A stretch of DNA of 63,363 nucleotides, filler included, from Collodictyon triciliatum (taxonomy: Eukaryota): NCBI GenBank assembly GCA_043381765.1. It is 15 parts of 15 records of this genome, joined end to end, with 100 filler letters (N's around TTAATTAATTAA, not from the genome) between each part and the next. Parts side by side here need not be neighbours in the genome. Positions count along the whole stretch, not along the records: positions 47,362 to 51,787 come from JBHJMP010006108.1; positions 51,888 to 55,539 come from JBHJMP010006110.1; positions 55,640 to 58,837 come from JBHJMP010006111.1; positions 58,938 to 63,363 come from JBHJMP010006112.1; 11 more parts are not named here. The stretch is one strand, 5' to 3'. This document shows, piece after piece, positions 50,711 through 63,363 of the stretch. Within the stretch, counting starts at the first letter, position 1, and each line of letters starts with the position of its first letter. The notes below the pieces were generated by a model. The model was given only the letters and a program-made list of their open reading frames with translations. It did not search any database and had not been told where the DNA came from. A program made the position numbers and the translations under genes.

Positions 50711-51628
50711 ATGAGCAATCACTACCCTGCACACTCGCCAAAAATCCCTGCCATCTCGATCTGCACAAGCCTCGATTGCGAGTCGCCCGTCAGCGAGGAC
50801 GACCCTGCCAGCAACGTACTCTCGCCAGACCCAAACGACCGAAGCACTGAAAAGCCGCCTGCTGAGGAATCAGGAACCGCATGCTCTCGCGCCGACGCTC
50901 AGGCAATCAATGCGGACAAGCTTGAAGTTGCAAAGCAGAGTGGGAACTTGTCAAAGTCCTTCTCTGAGACATTTTTTCCTCTATCCTCCAAGCCACCAGC
51001 GGAACAGATGCCGTCTCAGATTACCATTACCCTTTCCTCACAAAGTTTCACACAAGCAAAGACCCAAACGCAAGCGCAAACGCAAACACGCCATAAGTCG
51101 CCCATCAGAGTCCCGATTGTCCTGCCGCCACCTCGCGAGAGAACAAAGAGTCGCATGGAGGAGTTTGAGAGACTTTCGCAGATGATGGCCCAGCAGCCGT
51201 CAAACTCATATACTAACTCCCATCCGCCTTTGATCCGCAGAAACTCATCTGTGCCATCGATAGTCGAGAGTCTTGCAGCAAAGTCTAGCGATGAAAAGTC
51301 TGAATTGACGGCTCCGTGGCCAATGGCCAGGCCACCAGACCCGCGTACCGGTCACAGGGAATCAGTGGAATCAAAGACCAAAAATGAGACTGCGAATCAG
51401 CCGGTGATGAGGGTATACACATCAGGTATTGCATCGTCAGTTCTGCCATCTATCAGCCGAAAATCGCCCGCTCAAAAGGCAGAGTGCGGTGACTTTTCGG
51501 TGTTCGCTGTGGACAGGGAATCTTTTCATTTTGATGTTACGGACGTGTCGAATATGAGCCAGTACATGCCAAAGATGCTTATTCGTAGCTTGGTGCGAAA
51601 CCCTACGTCGAGGCATTATGCTCAACAG
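50711..51628 (+). CDS. First exon of a protein with a long Ser/Pro-rich disordered N-terminus; function unknown
   Basis: Long open frame (50498-51631) with coding-like composition, ending at a GTGAGT donor. The ATG at 50711 is the assumed start. Confidence 0.6.
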
Positions 51629-51705
51629 TGAGTTACAATATTTTGCTGCATTTTTTCTTTTTTCTTTTCTTTTTCTTTTTCTTTTTCTTTTTCTTTTTCT
51701 TTTTC

Positions 51706-51739
<34 letters not shown>

Positions 51740-52000
51740 CTTTTCTTTTTTCTTTTCTTTTTTCTTTTCTTTTTTCTTTTCTTTTTTNNNNNNNNNNNNN
51801 NNNNNNNNNNNNNNNNNNNNNNNNNNNNNNNTTAATTAATTAANNNNNNNNNNNNNNNNNNNNNNNNNNNNNNNNNNNNNNNNNNNNTTTTGTTATTTTG
51901 TTGGTTCTACAAATCTTTAACTTTTATTTTTCTTTTTTTTTTTTTTTGTTTTTTTTTTAATACCTAATTTTTTTTCATACATGATTCAATCGGCCTTAAG

Positions 52001-54351
52001 ATGAAGCAAGCAAAAGGGAAAAATCAAGGTGCTAGCCAAAAGAAAACGTCGAAACCGGCTGCCAAAGGTATCTCGAGGACTGAAAGAGACCGGGAGTTAC
52101 CGACTTTTTTCTTTTTCTCTCCGTCCCCGTCCCTTTGCTTCTTTTTTCTTCCATTTTTTCTTTTTACCGCCACCCACTTGCCATGAAAAAGACAAGATTT
52201 CCTTAAATATAATAGTTTAGGCGTTCCGCTTAGTTCACAAACATTCCATGAACACGAAGCCCTCATTAAGCTTATCTCCCCCGTTTACGCAGCAGAGAAG
52301 CCCTCTGGAGTATCCGTCGATGTGCAGAGTGTTACGCTCTTTCGTGCACCAATCCAGACGCTGTCGCTACTTTTCAGCTACCTTTATAGCCAGATTATGT
52401 ACGCCGTGGACGTGATTTCCTCCCACACAAAGCTGACTGGGACATTTGTCTTTCTTGTGGTGGCCTCTTTCATCGCCTACCAAATCCCTGGTGATCACCA
52501 AGAGGTTAGTATCCATGAGGCCCTTCTCCATGGGCCAACTACTGAGACCACACGGCTCGGCTAAATCCTTTGATTTCGTAGATTTTCAAGTCTGCGAGCA
52601 GATGGAACATCTTTGTAGGTTACTGGGTTGGGCTGGGAATCATGTCCTCTGTTATGGTTGGTAAGTTGTCCAACACACATTTCAAAGAAAATTATTCGAC
52701 ACTAATATTTAATTTCTTATTTTGGTTATCCATATTTTTGAGCATGGGACTTATGTTGATGGTCGTATTTATATCAGGCACTGGGCTGCACACATTTGTG
52801 CTTTTCCTTGGCCCGCACATAGGAAAAGTGACGCTAGCTGCGACCGAGTGCCAGACTATGAACTTTGAAGAGGTAATCAAAGTAACATGGACAAAATAAT
52901 ACATATAATTATAATCTTATTTGCTAACGATTACAACAAAATACAAAGTCTTTGCAGGCTTATTTTTGTCTTATAAAATTAACTGCTTGTTATTAAGATT
53001 TCGTACGATGTCTTTCGCTGCCCTCCTGAAACGGTCGAGGTGACGGGTGTCACCCTTCTTCAGATATTCCGATATGTTCAACTGGAATCCTTCCTGTGGG
53101 GCCTAGGAACTGCCATAGGCGAATTACCACCCTACTTTGTGGCGCGTGCTGGTAACCATCCCAGCCTATAATTATTAAATAGAGACCGTTCTCTACAATA
53201 GCATTCTTCTCTTGAGTGCATCACCATCACCATAATAATAATAAAAAAATAAATAAATAATTGGTACATAAATATCGTCGACTTGCCAGCACACTTACTC
53301 ATATCTCCCATAGCCCGTCGTGCTGGTGGAGAGACAGAAGAGGAGGCTGAACTTGAGCATGTAGGGCCAAATGATCCTCTAGTGATGAGAATGAAGGCCT
53401 ACTTTTACAAGAACATCAAAAACTTTGGGTTTTTTGGAATCATGTTGTTCGCATCCGTAAGTAGCCTAGATAGCGGATATACGTATTTCTATAGAGGTTT
53501 CAACATCGATGTCGCCGATAATACCATGCTAAAGCTCCTGTAATTCTTTTTCCCTCTTCTCACTAATGCTATCCAGCCTCAGAAACTGATAAAGGTATAG
53601 ATGTAACACGAGAGACATTTATTTTTGTTTTATTTTGTTTTCGCATTAGATCCCAAATCCCCTGTTTGACTTGGCTGGAATCGCCTGCGGACACTTTTTG
53701 ATTCCTTTCCAAACATTCTTTGGCGCTACAGTCATAGGAAAGGCATTCATCAAAGCCCAAATTCAGGTAACCCAGAAACCGCAGTTGCATTTTCATGTCA
53801 TCCGACTAATCATGCTGTTTTATTGGACATTACTCGCATATTTCTCCCTCGAGTCTGAATTTTTATGCATTTTTTTTTGTGTGTGCGCTATAGGCAATAT
53901 TTGTTATTTCCGTCTTTAACAAGGCCACACTCGAAACTATTGTTGATTTTGTTGGGAATTATGCCCCAAGCCTTTCACAGCCAGTACACAAATTCCTTAA
54001 CAATCAAATGGCCCAGTACCATGGTAGCTCTGGCCAATTGAGCACTGAAGGGGTATGCAGTACCTTCTCGTTTTATCTATGTCCGTCGAACGCCTGCATA
54101 TATGATTAAAAAAAATGTCATTCGTCGGGAAATATACGTAAATCATCACGCAAGTTTTATCCTTTATCTCGTGCATTGAACTTTTGCTCACCTTCATCCA
54201 ATCATAGAAATCTGCTGTTGGCAAGCTATGGGATTTAGTCCTGGTCGTCATGCTTCTGTACTTTGTTATATCAATCATTAATTCTACCGCACAGAGCGTC
54301 CTGGCCGAGCGATTGGAAAAGAAGGAGGAAAAGAACAAGAAGAAAAACTAG
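52001..54351 (+). CDS. VMP1: Vacuole membrane protein 1 (TMEM49)
   Basis: [51 protein letters not shown] and [46 protein letters not shown]; stop TAG at 54349-54351. Confidence 0.95.
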
Positions 54352-56471
54352 ACTCTGTCGCGGACTTTCCTTCCTCCCTATCTTTTTCTTTTTCTTTTCC
54401 TTTTCCTTTTTTTTGTTTTGTTTGATTTTCTTTTTATCGTAGTGATTCCTTTAGACTTTTTTTCCTTTCCGGAAGCAATCACAAGAATAACAAGCAAGTC
54501 CCCAATTTTACGTTCCCCGACGTCGATAATAAAGCAACTCAATTACTTTGTGGCCCACGTCCGTGTGGAGTTCTTGTAAATAGAGAGGAAAGTAGCGGCC
54601 GGTTATTTCGATGACGTTTATCAATCGGCGGTAAAAGAAGAAGGAATTAAGAGTCTGCACTTCCACCGCAGTTATCTGCGGCTTGTATCCGGAGAGATGA
54701 ATCGCGCCCGACTATTGATATTCCGGTATTCTGAACTTAAGATACATGCCAGTTTTTTTGGAAGTGGGATTTCCTTTCATCCTTTGTTTGTTTGTTTGTT
54801 TGTTTGTTTGTTTGTTTGTTTGTTTGTTTGTTTGTTTGTTTGTTTGTTTGTTTGTTTGTTTGTTTGTTTGTTTGTTTGTTTGTTTGTTTGTTTCTCTCTT
54901 CTCTCTCTTCTCTCTCTTCTCTCTCTTCTCTCTCTTCTCTCTCTTCTCTCTCTTCTCTCTCTTCTCTCTCTTCTCTTTTTCTCGTAGAAGATAGCTGCGT
55001 ATGAATGAAGCAAAGGGTTTGGGTAATACAGCTTCACCGTTAAGCACCACGATGACCGACTCCGCTTGTTTGGCACATATCCGCCAAAAATCGAGAATCT
55101 TACTTTATGGCTACAGTCAAAAAATTAAAAAAAAGAGAGAGAGAAAAAGAAAAGATAAGTACACAATCTAACTTACAGATTCACAAAAAAAGAAGGAAGC
55201 CTTGGCTTTGGCTTCGGCAACGCCACTGGTGGGCCACATATATAATATCTTCGTACGCAAGCCAAAGAATAAAAGGATTGGAATCGGGAGCACTATCAGA
55301 TTGGAATCATAAACGACTCCATATTTTTTATTTAATTTTAAATCAAGCAGTTCTTGATTGGGGACATCCCCGCAATTAGTTGATTGTAGACTAAAGTTGA
55401 GATGACCGATTGGATGACTTAAGTAATGTTGGTAATATGAGCTTTTTTTTTTTCAAAATAAAATAAAATAATTCGCTGTGTAGCTTACGCGACATAGATT
55501 CTTCTCGACATAAACGCTTTTCTGATTTCTTTTTTTTTTNNNNNNNNNNNNNNNNNNNNNNNNNNNNNNNNNNNNNNNNNNNNTTAATTAATTAANNNNN
55601 NNNNNNNNNNNNNNNNNNNNNNNNNNNNNNNNNNNNNNNAGAAGAAGAAGAAGAAGAAGAAGAAGAAGAAGAAGAAGAAGAAGAAGAAGAAGAAGAAGAA
55701 GAAGAAGAAGAAGAAGAAGAAGAAGAAGAAGAAGAAGAAGAAGAAGAAGAAGGGGAAAAAAGGAGGGGCTGTGAGGCACCCATGGGCCTCACTGAAAGTA
55801 GCTCGGTTGCGTATTTCTGGGTTGATGTCGGCGGTTTCTGGTGGGTGCCCCGAATGAATCCTTTGCGGGCTGTGACAGCTTGTGAAAAAAAACCTCAATG
55901 AGTACGAACATCTTTTTGAATTTGTTGGGACGGAAGTTTCCACAAATGCGTAGCAGCATGAACTCTGTCTTCTTGTTTCCCCAATCTAACATGTATTGCA
56001 ATTATTTATACATTAATGTGTATTTTGCATTATTTTTATTCACCTTTGACTTCAAATAATGGTACATCAAGTACATTTAATTAATAGTTTATAAATTCCA
56101 GAAATTATCATCCTGCACAAAATTGAAAGGAAGAATAAAAAAAATAAATTCCAGAAATTATAAAAGCCTAATAATGGGAAATTGTCTGCATTTAGCCGTG
56201 TTACTTCAACCTCACACTCCTCGGTGGATTCCTATACTGCTGACATGTCTTGGTTTCCACCAACGCACTGGCAAGAGAAGAGAAACGAAATGTAAAAGGA
56301 GAGAAAAGAACTGCACCCTTAACCGATACGCGTCACTGCTCTCAACCAAGGTGCAAAACAATCAAGTTGGGTTGTAGGAAAAAACAAACAAACAAACAAA
56401 CAAACTAAAAACCCTTTCTCCCCTTGAGTTGAATAAAGGAAAGACATTTAAATGACAATTACAGCTTGCTC

Positions 56472-58593
56472 ATGGAGCAAGAGCACAAGGCCCCACCCGT
56501 AGGATGTGTCACAGGGGCTGAATATGGGCCTTTGCAAGGCTCTGTGTGGAAGCGGACAAGTTTCATGAAAAGCTGGCGTCCTCGCTACTTTGTGGCTTCC
56601 GTTCCTGGCATATTGGAATACTTTTCCAACTCTCATACAAGAAAGCGTTTGTCGACTATAAAGTAAATCTGATACAATACATCTATTCATTTTCGGTTGC
56701 TAGGGTTCAATTTTTTTCTTTTTCATTCTGAAAAGCAATATTAAATTATAGTATGTTAAGTTTAACTTGCAACCATCATAAAATATGAAGAGACCTCTTT
56801 CATTTGATAATTTGACAAATATATCTTCCTACTCATAACAGAAGCCTTATATGTTAACAAAGTACGATTTGAATTTATGATATTTTTTTTTCAATCACAC
56901 CCTTCTTATCAAGATCCATTACTGTTTTTTTTTTTTTTTTAATTAATATCTACGTTTGACACAGTTTGTCTGAGGCAGAAATAACCCCATCTTCAAGCAA
57001 AGATGATCAATTTACCGTCACATTAAAAGGAAAGACAGTGTATGTCAAGGTAAATTCGATGGAAGAACGGAATATATGGGTCAGCACTCTTCTGACCTCA
57101 AAGAAATGCTATCTAAAGAGTCTATCTAAGTAAGGTCCAGTTTTTGATGGTTGTGTCAAGAGTTTCAACATAGATGATACATATGTATACCAGTTTATGA
57201 TACTTCTCGTTTGTTTGTATTTCATATTAGAGCTGTCAAGTTGAACCTCAGCATGTCTGTGACCCAAATGACAAAAATACACCAGGAGATGGAATCAATT
57301 AAGAGCTATAATGTTAAATTCATCGCCCATCTCCGCCAATTAAAAGTTCAAGATGCATCGGAAGCTGAAAATATTGAAAACATAGCAAGAGATCTGATTT
57401 CTGCTGTTGAAGAGTGTGTAAATGTGATGGACGAGTATGCAAGGCAATTGGAAACCACAAATGCTCATCGCCGCGTATCCGAGGAAGATAGTGAAACATT
57501 CTATAGCATGAATGTACATATTTAGAGATTCTGATGATTATTTTGAATTTTTATTGTCTTATTCCTGCCACTTTGAATTTGAAGTTTTTTTTTTTTTACC
57601 TCTCTCCTTATGTCGCTCACACGCAAAACAAAAAAAAAAAACTCTTGTTGTTGCTCTTTCCAGTTCGTTCATCTTGTCTTCAATTATACATATTTTCCCA
57701 TAATCCTGATGTAGGAACCCTCCTCAGAGGATGAAGAGGATGACGATGAAGATGACGCCGAGGAGTTTGGAGTGATTCCACCACACGAGTCCCCAAGTTT
57801 TGAGGAACTGGCAGAACAAAGCAACCCCGAGGATAATCCTGGAAAGATATCATCACAGAGTAGATTCAAGCTATGGAAAGAATCCTTCAGACAGAAAAAG
57901 GATAGCAGCGATTCCCTTCACGGGCACTATATGCCCTGCAAGCCTTTCCGGAAAGATGTTGAGTGGACACCTGTCGTGAAAGCATCATTCCGACAAACAC
58001 TGCCATCAGTCAAATTGCCTCGGCGACACAACATGTATGAAGCTTTCAAACAGTTCATAGGACAGGATATTTGCTGTATCCTCACACCCATCGAGTGGCA
58101 CGAGCCCATTGGCTTGTTGCAGCGTTTCTGTGAAATGGTTGAGTATCATTCCCTCTTGGAGACGGCTGCGTCGAACGTGGACCCGATTCAAAGAATACTG
58201 CACGTTGCTGCTTTTGCTGTATCCAGTTACAGCCGAACAGACCATAGGTATAGCCTAAATGCTTATTGTATTCGCTGACAATCACCACATAACATATCAC
58301 AGTTCGTAGATGCTTACGAGCGGATATAATATTGAGTGTATTTGGTTGTGATGTGCTGTTAGAGAATATCCATTCCACATGGAATTGTGTCCTATGTTGA
58401 TATTTATTTCTTTAATGCTTCTTTTTCCTTCTCCTTTAAAAAAAAAAAAAAGGAAGGAAAAGAATCGTTCTAGCACTGAAACTAATAATGCCTCACACTT
58501 TCTCATACCCACAGGTTTAATCTTCCTTTCAAACCATTTCTTGGGGAGACATACGAATACGAAACTTCACACATCCGCTTCATCGCGGAGCAG
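56472..58593 (+). CDS. Oxysterol-binding protein-related protein, 5' part (PH domain + start of ORD)
   Basis: PH motif LQGSVWKRTSFMKSWRPRYF; ORD motifs IGQD..PIEWHEPIGLLQR, RILHVAAFAVSSY and PFLGETYE..RFIAEQ. Confidence 0.9.
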
Positions 58594-58737
58594 GTAAACA
58601 TATCCCCATACATAACAACGTTTCACATGAGACAAAAATAGGACCGTTATAAAGGATCGAGAATAACAATACATTCAAGATAATCAAAGAAAAATGCACA
58701 GATATTTATTGATATCCTTGTATTTGTTTTATTGAGC

Positions 58738-58837
58738 ACTTAGACTTTCGTGTATGAGATGCTGGTTTCCAGTTTCTTGGACTCTGCCACCTTTCGCACC
58801 GCCTTCATAAAGTCTTCCTGGACTACATAGTCTCGCT
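58738..58837 (-). repeat. Exact 100-bp duplicate of the RPT4 3' end (60033-60132)
   Basis: Base-for-base identical sequence at a scaffold end. Confidence 0.95.
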
Positions 58838-59093
58838 NNNNNNNNNNNNNNNNNNNNNNNNNNNNNNNNNNNNNNNNNNNNTTAATTAATTAANNNNNNN
58901 NNNNNNNNNNNNNNNNNNNNNNNNNNNNNNNNNNNNNANNNNNNNNNNNNNNNNNNNNNNNNNNNNNNNNNNNNNNNNNNNNNNNNNNNNNNNNNNNNNN
59001 NNNNNNNNNNNNNNNNNNNNNNNNNNNNNNNNNNNNNNNNNNNAAAATCAAAACAAAACAAAAAACAAAACAAAAAGAAATGGCTTGCCACAG

Positions 59094-59771
59094 GTGCGGA
59101 CGACCGTCAACAGCATGGCCCTCGGGAAGCCATGGGTCGGGTACAACGGGGTGATGCGGATCACAAACTTCCACACGGGGGACAGCTGCCGCTGCGAGTT
59201 TGCCACGGCCGGGCCGGAGCCGCCGACAGCAGAGGCGACGGCAACGGCAACAACCATGACGGTGACAGGGACGGTGCAGACAGCGCAGGGCCACGTCTCG
59301 CACAGGCTGGGCGGCCGGTGGAACGGGCATCTGCGGTGCAGCCCGAGCGGGACGCGGGACCCCGGCGCGTGGACGGAGCTGTGGCGGGCGGCACCGGCGG
59401 TCTCGTCCAGGCCGGAGTCGTACGGGCTGGACGCGTGGGCCGTCTCGCTCAACGACCTGCCCGCCCCGCTCGAGCGCGTCCTGCCCCCGTCCGACACCCG
59501 CCGCCGCAGGGACATCCGCCTGTTCGAGGCCGGCCGCTTCGACGAGGTCCAGACCGAGCGCACCCGCCTCCACGACAAGCTGGCCCTCCTCGGCCTGGCC
59601 CACGCAGCCTGCCCCGCCGCCCCGCACCTGCCTGCCGAGTGGCTGCCCCGCTGGTTCCGCTGGGAGGTCGACCCCGGCTCCCGTCTCCCCTTGTGGATCT
59701 ACCAGGACCGCTACTGGGCGACCCGCGAAGCAGGCGACTGGCCGGCTGCCCTCCGGGACATCTTTGCCTGA
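59094..59771 (+). CDS. Oxysterol-binding protein-related protein, last exon (GC-rich)
   Basis: TTVNSMALGKPWV...NFHTGDSC, LGGRWN, LNDL...LPPSDTRRRRDIRLFEAG, WLPRWF and YQDRYWATRE are the canonical ORD C-terminal motifs. Confidence 0.9.
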   Translation: MRTTVNSMALGKPWVGYNGVMRITNFHTGDSCRCEFATAGPEPPTAEATATATTMTVTGTVQTAQGHVSHRLGGRWNGHLRCSPSGTRDPGAWTELWRAAPAVSSRPESYGLDAWAVSLNDLPAPLERVLPPSDTRRRRDIRLFEAGRFDEVQTERTRLHDKLALLGLAHAACPAAPHLPAEWLPRWFRWEVDPGSRLPLWIYQDRYWATREAGDWPAALRDIFA

Positions 59772-60034
59772 GCCCCGCCATGTCCCGTCTCATCTCGTCT
59801 CATCTCCATTGTGTCCTCCGTAAGCCAGATAAAGCAGCCCTCGTGCAGGGGCTCTTTTCTATTTTCATCTCTGCTTCTGCTTCTGCTTCTCCCAGGTTAC
59901 TTTCTTAGGGTAAATGTAATAAAACGCGATGGGACGACAGGGGAGGTAGAATGAGAAGGATATGCAACATGGAATCAGGATGTGATGATGCGCAAACCAC
60001 CTCGCGTTTTCCTTGTCTTTCTTTTATTGCGTAC

Positions 60035-62293
60035 TTAGACTTTCGTGTATGAGATGCTGGTTTCCAGTTTCTTGGACTCTGCCACCTTTCGCACCGCCTT
60101 CATAAAGTCTTCCTGGACTACATAGTCTCGCTCACCTCGTATCGCAAACATTCCGGCTTCGGTGCATACGTTTCGAAGGTCCGCACAGTTGAAGCCGTCG
60201 GCTAGTTTGATCACGGCTTCATAGTCTGGTGTATTGTATGATGAGTTGGAATAATGGTGCGAGCATCAAGTAAGCAGTGATCATTTTGTAGAAGAGACAC
60301 ACAGGCCCAGAAAAAAAAAAGGTATGCATGGTTGCTGGTACCATGCTGTATACTTGCAGAATGTCACTTGAAATAAATGCCTAAGAACAAACCGATCTCT
60401 CCCATCTTGGTGATTGGTGCTGCATGAATCTTGAGAACTTCGATGCGTCCTTGTTCGTTGGGTAAAGGAATTTCAATCTTCCTATCAAGGCGCCCGGGCC
60501 TGAGGAGAGCAGGGTCCAAGACGTCCTGTAAGTTTTTTTTTTGTTTCTTAATTTTTTGTTTTTTCTGACCGTTTAGACAGTATTTTCGGGCAACAGAGAA
60601 GCAAACGTGAGGACATAAATAAATGTTTATAAATTGAAAAGGATACTTGCATATTGAATGAAGAGAGACATAGCCATCGCACAATCATAGAAAGGCTTTG
60701 AAAATTACTCACCGGCCGGTTTGTAGCCATGATGATTTTCACTCGACCAAGTTGATCGAACCCATCCATTTGGTTGAGAAGCTATACACGGTTTATTAAG
60801 ATGAGATAAATGCTTGAAAGAGACAGACCGAACTCCCGTAGAGTCTAGGATGGTTAGCTTTGATTCAATCTCAATTCATGAACCTCCATGAGTGTTCGCT
60901 GAATCTCACGGTCGGCTGATGTTCCCTCCGAAAATCTGCGGCCTCCGATGGCATCAATTTCGTCCATGAATATGATACAAGGCTGGTTGTCACGTGCATA
61001 GCCTATGGATTCGTATTGGCAACCATTTTGACTGCACTTAATATTGAATCACTTGGCCAAGTGGTTGGATAATAAGGTAATGATGGTCATTTTCATCCGG
61101 TCTTATTGCGAGGCATTACGGAAGGCATACTATGAATTTGAGAGAAGTATACCAAACATTTCGCGAATTACTCGTGCAGACTCTCCAATGTACTTGTCCA
61201 CGATTGCAGACGACACGACTTTTAAAAAAGATGCTTCAATATTACAGGCTATGGCTCGGGCAAGAAGGGTCTTTCCGGTTCCTGGAGGTCCGTAAAGCAA
61301 AACGCCCTGGCGTATATTAATAGTGAGGTAAAAATCAGCGCAAATATGAGCATAACGTATAGGATGATTCCTATTATGAAGAGGAGACTCCGTGCAAGTA
61401 CAATACAATAAAAATTAAAGGAATTAAAACATCATTATAATACACCATAAGAAAAGATAAACAAGATTCCTCGTATACCTTTGGTGCCTTAATTCCAACA
61501 CGCGTGAATAGATCGGGATTTGTCAGCGGCAGCTCAACCACCTCTCGAAGCTCTCTGATTTGGTCACCCAAGCCACCAACACTCGAGTAGCTGACCTTGC
61601 CAGGATCTTCGGACTTCATGTTGTGAACAATTGGATCGACCTCGCGGGGTAAGATGCGCATGATCGTCAGCGTTGTCATGTCAAGAGTGACGCGCGTTCC
61701 AGAGGTAAGTTTAGCTTTGTTCACTTTATCCCGACATCCGACCACGTACCGCGGCCCGCTGGAAGCCTTGACGATGACTGAATTTATATCATAAACGGTG
61801 AAAAAACAGTCTACCTCTCTTTTTTTTCTTTTTTTTCTTTTCAGCTGCTAATAGTAGGCATAACATGAGACACCAAGCCTAAATATCTACGTACACTTTT
61901 CGTCGTCTAGTTGCCGCAAAACTTCGCCGATCATTTGGCCGACACTTTGCAGTGCTTTAAGATCGTCCTCTGATTTGTCGTAGTCCTTCTTGACCTTCTT
62001 CAAAGCCTCACGAGCTAAAAAATAAAAGAAAAGGTTTTATGTGTAAAAAAGAAGTTGAGATTATAAACAAGTAGGCTTCATAAACCAACTCTGATATTCA
62101 TTTCTCTGTATGTGTGAGCGAGCTTGATTTCAGCGTCACGAACAGAGCTAACCCGATCAAAAATAGAAAAGAAAAATGTAGATGTTGATCCAAGTCAATA
62201 AGTTATACTTCTCTTCAGCTTGGCTTCCATTTCTCGGTGGTCTTTCAGCTTCTGTCCGTACTTCCGGATAACCTCCGACCGCTCGTCTGCCAT
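60035..62293 (-). CDS. PSMC6: 26S proteasome AAA-ATPase subunit RPT4 (regulatory subunit 10B)
   Basis: [56 protein letters not shown], Walker [54 protein letters not shown] and [18 protein letters not shown]; complete multi-exon gene. Confidence 0.97.
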
Positions 62294-63363
62294 TTCCAGT
62301 GTTTCTTTCTTTGTTCTGCAAGTTGAAGCATCATATGGGTGAGTATGAGAGTAAAGAGTGGAGGACTCGGTACAAAATGAGCTCCACATTGGGTCGCTTG
62401 AAGCGCGACTACCTCAGCGCACTAAAAAAGAGAGGAAATGAAGATGCAATACTCAGAGACATGCTGTTGACTTCGGCAGCCGGCAGAAATTGTTTATGAA
62501 AAGGATTGTATTGTCTCAGTCTTTTTTTTTTATTTTTTACGGAGAACTGGTACTCTGTTTCTTCTTCTGATTGCGGAGTGGGAGATTTGGCTTTCTGGCT
62601 TGCTGCACACTGTTTGACTTAATTCTTGCGAGATCGGCTCGGCAGCTTCCAGAGATCGGTCTGTGGATTCATCTTGTTTCAACAAATCGAATCTTCCAAA
62701 GAGAAAATTAGCAAAGGAGCTATTGGGGCTATTAGTATCAGATTTTTCTTACAAAATTAATAAAAAAAATAGAAAAATTCATTGAAATTATAAATTGAAT
62801 AAGGATTTTAAACAAAACATCGAATAACAATTATTAATGTGGAGTTTAAATCACGATTGTATCTTGGGACAACTAATCCAATAGATAATCAACATCTATT
62901 ATTCATCTGCCTATGTAATTAAACTTATACATAAGAATAAGCTCAGTTTCCAAGAAGGTAGTCGAAGGTAAACCCACGAGGGTGTGCTAGGCAGAAACCG
63001 ACACAAAACTATCATATTTTCCGGATTTGGAATTCATACGATTTGCAGCATATACGGCAGAATCTTCCGCGGGTGATGCACGACCAGAGCCAAATTAATC
63101 TGGTACAAGTAAAGCAAAAGCCAGGTTTATTTGCAAGCACCCGCCAGCGCCGCAGTACGATAAATAAATAAAATAATAATACTTATAATAATTGAAAAGT
63201 TAAAGAAAAGTACATGGTACAAAAAGCATGCAAGGGCAGTCGCAAAAGAGGAATAAAGCGACCCAATAGCGAGGGAAAAGTGAGGCAAAAGTTCTGTGTG
63301 AGGATGAAACCTCTTGCTGCAGACTTAAGATACGAAAGGGTTGCTTCTGCGAATGTTTTTTTT

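Noticed and set aside
51480-51628. Possible start of a nucleotide cyclase domain (SQYMPKMLIRSL)
   Set aside because: No catalytic motif is visible before the scaffold ends, so it is too weak to name.
58890-59908. Multiple overlapping ORFs on both strands in the GC-rich exon
   Set aside because: High GC depletes stop codons; only the OSBP frame has recognisable motifs.

Overview
This is AT-rich, intron-rich eukaryotic DNA from a protist. An amoebozoan is my guess from gene content, unverified. The window is not one locus: about 15 scaffolds, mostly ~4.4 kb, are joined by artificial 100-bp linkers (N44-TTAATTAATTAA-N44), so genes on either side of a linker are generally not neighbours. Recognisable genes, most of them partial: RanBP2-type zinc-finger protein, LRR/Cys-rich/multipass receptor, WDR1/AIP1, GT8-like protein, PRAS40/Lobe-like protein, three further LRR proteins (one fused to a kinase), RBM39-like splicing factor, M28 peptidase, a giant Cys-rich repeat protein, VMP1, OSBP and PSMC6/RPT4. 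The main find is a decayed Fanzor1 (eukaryotic TnpB-like RNA-guided nuclease) at ~48333-50269. It keeps the RuvC D/E/D residues and the zinc finger, and carries a frame-restoring GT-AG insertion. Directly downstream is a strongly structured omegaRNA-like segment (four stems, a GAAA tetraloop, a pseudoknot) ending in a Helitron-like hairpin plus CTAG terminus. A second theme is LRR genes built from 69-bp modules with constant scaffolds and hypervariable binding faces. A hierarchical minisatellite element and a LINE-like 3' end each occur twice. All family assignments come from motifs recognised by eye; no database searches were run.
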